Shown here in pieces: positions 57,848 to 64,000 of a stretch of 64,000 nt of DNA. The position numbers and the translations under genes are program-made. The notes under the pieces were generated by a model. That model saw only the letters and a list, made by a program, of their open reading frames with translations. It was not told where the DNA came from and did not search any database. Source of the DNA: Acidobacteriota bacterium. Lineage in GTDB: Bacteria; Acidobacteriota; UBA6911; RPQK01; JAJDTT01. The stretch covers positions 5,440,001-5,504,000 of the forward strand of contig OZ242374.1 of the NCBI GenBank assembly GCA_965209055.1, written 5' to 3'. The stretch's first letter is position 1, and each line of letters opens with the position of its first letter.

Positions 57848-58269
57848 CTGGATGGCTGCTCGACACCAATGTCGTGTCCGAGTTGCGCAAGACCCGGCCC
57901 AACCGGCGTGTGAAGGAATGGTCTGACGCCCGGACCGCGGACGCCTTCTTTCTGAGCACCATCACGCTTGCCGAGATCCGGTTCGGGATCGAGCGTCAGA
58001 TAGACCCCAGGTTTCGCCGGGAGCTCAAGAACTGGCTCGACCACCGGCTGAGACCCTGGTTTGCGGGACGCATTCTGCCGGTGGACGAGGAGGTGATCCT
58101 GGAATGGCGCCGCATGATCGCGCGCGGGAAAGAGAGGGCGGTGACCTTCAGCCAACCCGATCTCTTCATCGCCGCAACCGCCAAGGTGCATTCCCTGACG
58201 CTCTGCACGCGCAACGAGAAGGATTTCCGCGGGGCGAACATCCCGGTCTTTAACCCCTGGTCAGGGTGA
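57844..58269 (+). CDS. vapC: VapC-family PIN-domain toxin
   Basis: Motifs WLLDTNVVSELRK, TLAEIRFG, DLFIAATA and TRNEKDF...NPW. Confidence 0.92.
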   Translation: MTGWLLDTNVVSELRKTRPNRRVKEWSDARTADAFFLSTITLAEIRFGIERQIDPRFRRELKNWLDHRLRPWFAGRILPVDEEVILEWRRMIARGKERAVTFSQPDLFIAATAKVHSLTLCTRNEKDFRGANIPVFNPWSG

Positions 58270-58398
58270 ATTGCGTAAAAATGCCGGTTTGAAACCCGCT
58301 CGCGGCTCGCAGCTTTCCTTAAGAATCGTCGGGTTTCGGACATGAGGACAGTTTCGCTCGGTTCGTGACCGCCCCTGGGACGCGCGGAGAACCTCCGC

Positions 58399-59466
58399 TC
58401 AAAAACGCTCCGGACAGGGGACATCCAGCTCGGCCGAGAGGCGCTCCAGCATCTTCCAGGTGGCCGCTTCCAGACGCACTCCTTCCTGGAGACTCTTCTC
58501 GACCATCCTCCAGTCCGGATCCCCCGGAACCAGAACCTCGTCGAATCCCGGCGCCAGCTCCGATGACTTCAACTGGCTCACGTAGTCCTGGACCCGGGCC
58601 AGAAACCGTTCCGGCTCCATGAAATGCTCCACCGACAGGGCCAGAAAGAAGTGGCCCGTGTCCTGGGGCTCCTCCTCGGGGGGATGGGGCGTGATGTGCC
58701 GGCCGAAGAGAGCTCCGGTCAACACCCCGCTGAGGATGTCCACCATCACTGCCAGACCGTACCCCTTGTGATTCCCCATCGGGGCGGGCATCCCCCGGAC
58801 CACTTCCTCGGGATCGGTGGTGGGAACCCCTTTCCGGTCCAGCACCCAATTACCCGGGATCGGATCTCCCCGGAGCAGCGTCACCATGATCTTGCCCCAG
58901 GCGGCGCGGCTGATGGCGATGTCGATCATGACGGGAAACTCGCCGCCGGTGGGAACCGCGATCGCCAGGGGATTGGTCCCGTAGGTGGGCGTGGAGCCGC
59001 CCCACGGCGCCATGCAGGCGCCGGTATTGCTGACGGCGAGTCCGATCAGACCCTGGTCCGCGGCCATGCGCGCATAGTAGCCGGCGGTCCCGAAGTGATT
59101 GGACCGGAACACGCCCGCCGCCGCGACCCCCGTCTCCCGGGCGCGGGAGCAGGCCAGTGACATGGCCTGGTGGCTTGCCACCTGTCCGGGTCCCCGATCC
59201 GCGTCCAGCAGGAGAACGGCTCCCCGGTCGGAGACGACCCGCACCTTGGGACGAGGGTTGACTCCTCCGTTCCGGACTCGTCCCACGAGAAAATCCAGGA
59301 AGGACAAGCCGTGGGAATAGACGCCCCTGAGATCGGCGTCCATAAGGTTGTCGACCACACGTTTGGCCTCGAAAGATCCGAGGCCGGCCCGTTCCAACAG
59401 GGCCTCGGCGAACGATCGCAAGTCGCCGGCCCGGGCCCGTCTTCCCTTGCCCGTTCGGTCCGTCAT
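58399..59466 (-). CDS. Ldh_2-family (malate/L-sulfolactate/ureidoglycolate) dehydrogenase
   Basis: Motifs ADLRGVYSHG, SNHFGTAG, GTNPLA, HKGYGL, GHFFLAL and VPG. Confidence 0.92.
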   Translation of the reverse strand: MTDRTGKGRRARAGDLRSFAEALLERAGLGSFEAKRVVDNLMDADLRGVYSHGLSFLDFLVGRVRNGGVNPRPKVRVVSDRGAVLLLDADRGPGQVASHQAMSLACSRARETGVAAAGVFRSNHFGTAGYYARMAADQGLIGLAVSNTGACMAPWGGSTPTYGTNPLAIAVPTGGEFPVMIDIAISRAAWGKIMVTLLRGDPIPGNWVLDRKGVPTTDPEEVVRGMPAPMGNHKGYGLAVMVDILSGVLTGALFGRHITPHPPEEEPQDTGHFFLALSVEHFMEPERFLARVQDYVSQLKSSELAPGFDEVLVPGDPDWRMVEKSLQEGVRLEAATWKMLERLSAELDVPCPERF

Positions 59467-59509
59467 CGGATCTCCATGCCTGTTGGACCTGTTTGCTGCG
59501 TGTTTCTGC

Positions 59510-60541
59510 CTATGTTTCGGCCCCGTTGGAGAACCCCTCGTCCTCCGGAACGCCCAGTGCCTCGGCCGCGTTCCTCCAGAAGATGCCCTCGATGTCCGAT
59601 TTGGACAACTGCGCAATCTCGGCGGCGTCCCGCAGGGAGAGGAGCTGCTCATAGACCGACAGCACGGGCCGCCCGTCGCAGTGGGGGTACTTGAGGACGC
59701 CGTCGTCGGCGTCGTAGTGCTGCCAGGCCCGGCCCAGCGCGGCGTAGTGCCCGTGAAAGAAGGCGGCGCCGACGCCGTCCGAGCCCCAGAAGATCCGCTT
59801 CGGGTCTTCTTTCGTCAGCAGAGTGATGTAGGGGCGCACATCGGTCACCGCCGAGGTGTCGTAGTGGATGTTGGGCAGATCCCGCAACCTCTCCACCGCC
59901 TGCCGAATGGGCCAGTAGGTGAAGCTCCGGGCGCAGTGGGCCAGCAACCACTTGATCCCGGGGTACCGCTTGGTGGTGTATTCGGTCAGGTCATCCAGGT
60001 TCCACTCGTCGGCACAGCCGTGAAACCTCGAGAGGTGCATCGTGACCCAGAGGCCGTAGTGGTCCGCCAGCTCCATCTGCTCATGGGGCAGGAACTCGTG
60101 GATCCGGCATTGGGCGATGTCCCCGGTCACCGAAAACGTCCGGTACGGTTTCAGGCCGGTGAACTGAGGATGCCGGAGGTCCCGCTCGATGTCCCGGATT
60201 CGGCAGGAGGGCGTGACCAGCCGATGGTAGCGGAGGCCGGGGACGCCTTCGATCTCCCGCCGGACCGTCTCCACGTGCCGGCCGACGTCAATGCCCACGA
60301 CCGGCATGCCCAGAATCAGGTATTGCATTCGCCGGCCGGGATAGAGGACCCGGGCCCAGTCGTTCAGGGTGGCCAGCCCCGCATCGGTCCGCGTCCCCTG
60401 CGGGGGCGGGACGGGAAAATCGGAAGCCCAATAGAAATGGATGTGCGCGTCCAGAATCCGGTCGGGAACGAATTCGCTCAGTTCCTCTTCCCAGATCTGC
60501 CGGTCGCAGTCTCGGTAGTCGATGATCGAGTGATCCTTCAT
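59510..60541 (-). CDS. Amidohydrolase_2-family metal-dependent hydrolase
   Basis: Motifs LDAHIH, GLKPY, LAHCAR, YDTS, FWGSD and IFWRNA. Confidence 0.85.
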   Translation of the reverse strand: MKDHSIIDYRDCDRQIWEEELSEFVPDRILDAHIHFYWASDFPVPPPQGTRTDAGLATLNDWARVLYPGRRMQYLILGMPVVGIDVGRHVETVRREIEGVPGLRYHRLVTPSCRIRDIERDLRHPQFTGLKPYRTFSVTGDIAQCRIHEFLPHEQMELADHYGLWVTMHLSRFHGCADEWNLDDLTEYTTKRYPGIKWLLAHCARSFTYWPIRQAVERLRDLPNIHYDTSAVTDVRPYITLLTKEDPKRIFWGSDGVGAAFFHGHYAALGRAWQHYDADDGVLKYPHCDGRPVLSVYEQLLSLRDAAEIAQLSKSDIEGIFWRNAAEALGVPEDEGFSNGAET

Positions 60542-60726
60542 ACGTTGCTCCCGAGTTCCGATGTAGCCGGCATGGAGGACCGGCTCCTCTTTGGCCGCGA
60601 CATACGTTACCTTGGACAGTGACACGAATCCACCGGGGGCCGGAGTTCCTTGGGGGGGCTCTCCGTGAACGACATTGATCCCGGCGACGGGCCGCGCGCT
60701 TGCCCGCGATTTTCCAGGGAAACGAG

Positions 60727-61686
60727 ATGGATCCTTTCGTCCACACTCAAGTCGCCGACCTGATCGGCAAGACGCCCGTGGTGCGTTTGGACCGGCTGGG
60801 CCCAAGCGGGCGGGCGGCGATCCTGGCCAAGCTCGAGTACCTGAACCCCGGGGGCAGCGTGAAGGACCGGATCGCCCGAAGCATGATCGATGCCGCAGAG
60901 GCTGAAGGACGGCTTCGGCCCGGAATGGGGATCGTGGAGGCCACCAGCGGAAACACCGGCATCGGACTGGCCATGATCTGCGCGGAGCGCGGGTACCGCC
61001 TGATCCTCACCATGCCGGAGACCATGAGCTTCGAGAGGCGCTCCCTGGCCATCCGTTACGGGGCCGAGGTGGTGCTGACTCCCGGCAAAGAGGACATCCC
61101 CGGCGCAGTTCGGCGTGCGCGCCGGTTGGTGGAGCGGAGTCCGGGCTGGATCGAGATGCGCCAGTTCGAGAACCCGGCCAACCCCCAGGTGCACCGGGAA
61201 ACCACCGGACCCGAGATTCTGGAGGCGACCGGCGGGAACGCCGCTGCCCTCGTGGTGGGCGTCGGAACCGGAGGAACGATCACGGGAGTCGGAGAGTTCC
61301 TGAAGGAACGCGTCCCCGGCATCCGGATCGTCGGCGTCGAGCCGGCCGGCTCGGCCGTCCTCAGCGGCGGCCCGCCGGGATTGCACGCCATCGAGGGGAT
61401 CGGCGCCGGGTTCGTTCCTCCGGTGCTGAACCGGGAGGTGATCGACGAGGTGATTCCGGTCGACGACAAGGACGCCTTTCGCATGGCGCGCCGGCTTGCC
61501 CGGGAGGAGTCGCTCCTGGTCGGTGTCTCCTCCGGCGCCGCCGTTCTGGCGGCCCGGCAGGTCGCGGAGCGACTGTCCCCGGACCAGAACGTGGTCACCG
61601 TCCTCCCGGATACGGGGTCCCGCTACTTCAGCGTGGAAGAGTATTTCAAGGAGGAACGGGACTACGACGAGAGCCTGCTGCTTTGA
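60727..61686 (+). CDS. cysK: Cysteine synthase A (O-acetylserine sulfhydrylase)
   Basis: Motifs KLEYLNPGGSVKDR, EATSGNTG, QFENPAN, GVGTGGT, IEGIG and GVSSGA. Confidence 0.93.
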   Translation: MDPFVHTQVADLIGKTPVVRLDRLGPSGRAAILAKLEYLNPGGSVKDRIARSMIDAAEAEGRLRPGMGIVEATSGNTGIGLAMICAERGYRLILTMPETMSFERRSLAIRYGAEVVLTPGKEDIPGAVRRARRLVERSPGWIEMRQFENPANPQVHRETTGPEILEATGGNAAALVVGVGTGGTITGVGEFLKERVPGIRIVGVEPAGSAVLSGGPPGLHAIEGIGAGFVPPVLNREVIDEVIPVDDKDAFRMARRLAREESLLVGVSSGAAVLAARQVAERLSPDQNVVTVLPDTGSRYFSVEEYFKEERDYDESLLL

Positions 61687-62837
61687 CCTGGAAGTCCGGC
61701 CTGAGCCGGTCCGAGCGGAAGTTCGAACGGCAGTTCCGCAGGAAACTGGCGGTTTCCAAGAAAGTCTCACGGTGGCCGGGCCTGCTGGTCTGCGCCGCGC
61801 TGACCGGGCTCGCGGCCTGGTTGAACCACCTGCCCTACCCCCCCTTCACCACCAGCGGCGGAACTCATCCCGTCAGCGAAGTCCTGCTGGCGCTGCTCTT
61901 GGGAATGGCACTGCGGAATCTGTTTCGGTCTTCCGCGGGATTGAAACCGGGTGTGGACCTGGTGGTCAGGAAGCTGCTTCCCGTGGGAATCATCCTGCTG
62001 GGCGCCCGGTTGGATTTCTACACCATGCTGCAGGTGAGCCTGGACGTGCTGCTGGCGATTCTGGTCATCATCGCCGGCGTCGTGGCCAGCACCTGGCTTC
62101 TGGGACGCCTGCTGGGAATGGGGGAAAGGCTCTCCCTGCTCATTGGGGTGGGGACGGCCATCTGCGGCAGTTCCGCCATCGTGGCCACGGCGCCGGTCGT
62201 GGACGGGGACGAAACGGACGTGGCGTTGTCCATCGCCACCGTCAACCTCATGGGCGTCGTGGCCATGCTCCTGTTTCCACTCCTGGGCGCGCTCCTGGAG
62301 CTGACCGCCTCCGGCTACGGCATCTGGTGCGGCCTCTCGATCCACGCCACGCCGCAGGTGCTGGCCGCCGGTTTCGCCCACCAGCTCAACGGACAGTTGG
62401 CCGGCGAGCTCTCCACCATCGTCAAGCTCACGCGGATCTCCGTTCTGGGCCCCGCCGTCTTCGTCATCGGAGCCCTCTATGCCCGCAGGCGGCGGAGAGT
62501 GGCCTCGTTTCCCCGGCGGACCGTCCACTACGGGAAACTCCTGCCCGGCTTCGTCCTCCTTTTCCTGGGCATGGCGCTGCTTCGGACCCTGGGGTTCTTC
62601 CCGGAAGTCACCCTCCACCTGACCGATCGATTCATCCTGGGCCCAGGGGACTATCGCGTGGATCTGGCGCTGCTGCTGGGCAGTTCGGGCCGCTGGATCA
62701 TTACCGGGGCCATGGCCGGAGTGGGACTGATGACCGACCTGCAGACCTTCAGGACGGGTGGGACCAAAGCCTTTTCACTCGGCCTGGCGGCCACCATCGT
62801 CATCGCCCTCCTGGGATTGGCGAAGATCAGCCTGTGA
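61683..62837 (+). CDS. YeiH/putative sulfate exporter (PSE, UPF0324) membrane protein
   Basis: Motifs GIILLGARL, GTAICGSSAIVA, GLSIHATPQV, VKLTR and AMAGVGL. Hydrophobic, and overlaps the cysK stop. Confidence 0.88.
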   Translation: MTWKSGLSRSERKFERQFRRKLAVSKKVSRWPGLLVCAALTGLAAWLNHLPYPPFTTSGGTHPVSEVLLALLLGMALRNLFRSSAGLKPGVDLVVRKLLPVGIILLGARLDFYTMLQVSLDVLLAILVIIAGVVASTWLLGRLLGMGERLSLLIGVGTAICGSSAIVATAPVVDGDETDVALSIATVNLMGVVAMLLFPLLGALLELTASGYGIWCGLSIHATPQVLAAGFAHQLNGQLAGELSTIVKLTRISVLGPAVFVIGALYARRRRRVASFPRRTVHYGKLLPGFVLLFLGMALLRTLGFFPEVTLHLTDRFILGPGDYRVDLALLLGSSGRWIITGAMAGVGLMTDLQTFRTGGTKAFSLGLAATIVIALLGLAKISL

Positions 62838-62915
62838 GCCTTATGACGCGGGTTGATCGAGACACACCCCCCGGCGATAATGGTGACTCACCGTAATTTG
62901 CAAGGAGGAGCCACA

Positions 62916-64000
62916 ATGTCTGAATCCATCGACCGGAGACGTTTTCTGGGCAGCGCCGCCATCGGGGTAGCCGCCTCCGGACTATCGGTCTCTGCCAGGA
63001 GCAACATCAAGTACGATTCGCCCAACACCCGGGTCGTCGTCGGAATCATGGGGATGAGCCGGGGCAGGCGTCTGGCCGAGAGCTTCGGACAACAGCCCAA
63101 CGTTCACATCAAGTACGTCTGCGACGTCGATTCGCTCCGTCTGGACAAGGTGGCCCACACGGTCGAGCAGCAGACCGGAAGGGCGCCTCAGAAGGTCGGA
63201 GACTTCAGGCGGATCCTGGATGATCCCGAGGTGGACGCCCTCCTCAACTCCGGGCCCAACCACTGGCACGCTCCGGCCACCATCCTGGCCTGCTCCGCCG
63301 GAAAGCACGCATACGTGGAGAAACCGTGCAGCCACACCCCCCGCGAGGGCGAGCTCATGGTCGCCGCCGCCCGCAAGTACAACCGGGCGGTCCAGATGGG
63401 CACCCAGCGGCGAAGCTCGCCGGGCACACGCGAGGCCGTTCAACAACTGCGGGAAGGGGCCATCGGCCGCGTCTACATGGTCCGCACCTGGTACAACAGC
63501 GGCCGGGGCACCCTGGGCCGGGGCAAACAAACACCTGTCCCCGCCCACCTGGACTACGAACTGTGGCAGGGACCGGCCACCCGGGTTCCCTACAAGGACA
63601 ACCTGATCCACTACAACTGGCACTGGCATTGGCATTGGGGCAATGGCGAGCTGGGCAACAATGGAGTCCACACCCTGGACCTGTGCCGGTGGGGAATGGG
63701 CGTCGACTACCCGATCAAGGTGACCTCCAGCGGCGGCCGCTATCTCTTCGACGACGACCAGGAGACTCCGGACACCCACACCGTCTGCTACGAATTTGAA
63801 GGCAAGCGCTCCATCTCCTGGGCCGGCTTGAGCAACAACCGCCACAGCCCCGGCTTCATCACCTTCTATGGCGACCGGGGCGCTTTGGACCTGGGCACGA
63901 AAGGGTCCTACGCCATCTACGACAAGGGCGACAATCTGGTCGCGAAGAAGGCGGAAGACACCTACGGAGACCTCCCTCACGCCCAGAACTTCCTGGCGGC
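62916..64000 (+). CDS. Tat-exported Gfo/Idh/MocA oxidoreductase (truncated by window end)
   Basis: AAGGAGG RBS, MSESIDRRRFLGS, VCDVD, GKHAYVEKPCSH, QMGTQRRS, LDYELWQGPA and GNNGVHTLD. The frame is open to the window edge. Confidence 0.9.
   Translation, partial: MSESIDRRRFLGSAAIGVAASGLSVSARSNIKYDSPNTRVVVGIMGMSRGRRLAESFGQQPNVHIKYVCDVDSLRLDKVAHTVEQQTGRAPQKVGDFRRILDDPEVDALLNSGPNHWHAPATILACSAGKHAYVEKPCSHTPREGELMVAAARKYNRAVQMGTQRRSSPGTREAVQQLREGAIGRVYMVRTWYNSGRGTLGRGKQTPVPAHLDYELWQGPATRVPYKDNLIHYNWHWHWHWGNGELGNNGVHTLDLCRWGMGVDYPIKVTSSGGRYLFDDDQETPDTHTVCYEFEGKRSISWAGLSNNRHSPGFITFYGDRGALDLGTKGSYAIYDKGDNLVAKKAEDTYGDLPHAQNFLA

Noticed and set aside
1-64000. CRISPR arrays, tRNA/rRNA genes, prophage or defence operons
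   Set aside because: No regularly spaced repeats, cloverleaf-like segments, or phage/defence motifs were seen by manual reading. Small RNAs could have been missed.

Overview
Bacterial genomic window, most consistent with an Acidobacteriota-type genome (inferred from the Oar-like TonB-dependent receptor, the CRTAC1/FG-GAP protein and the TPR proteins). It has two parts. (1) From about 1 to 29 kb lies a visibly lower-GC, apparently co-regulated catabolic island. It holds a TonB-dependent receptor, a sodium:solute symporter fused to an N-terminal HEAT-repeat domain, four Asp-box (BNR) sialidase-fold genes (one split by a fresh IS3 insertion), a GH-like TIM-barrel lipoprotein, two Ntn hydrolases (an atypical GGT and a C45 peptidase), PHP and calcineurin-like phosphoesterases, an enolase-family dehydratase, a DHDPS-family aldolase, a 2-hydroxyacid dehydrogenase, TPR/CRTAC1 accessory proteins and a GntR regulator. 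A TATA-N3-TATA operator candidate recurs three times. (2) From about 30.5 to 64 kb lies a higher-GC region of mixed catabolic and housekeeping genes: D-aminoacylase, sulfatases including a tandem duplicate with an active-site swap, a CE15 esterase, HOT, AKR, an M19 dipeptidase, maf, msrP, an apaH-like gene, a eukaryote-like large purL, a vapBC toxin-antitoxin pair, cysK and a PSE exporter. No rRNA, tRNA or CRISPR array was seen. All calls come from manual motif reading and no database searches were run.
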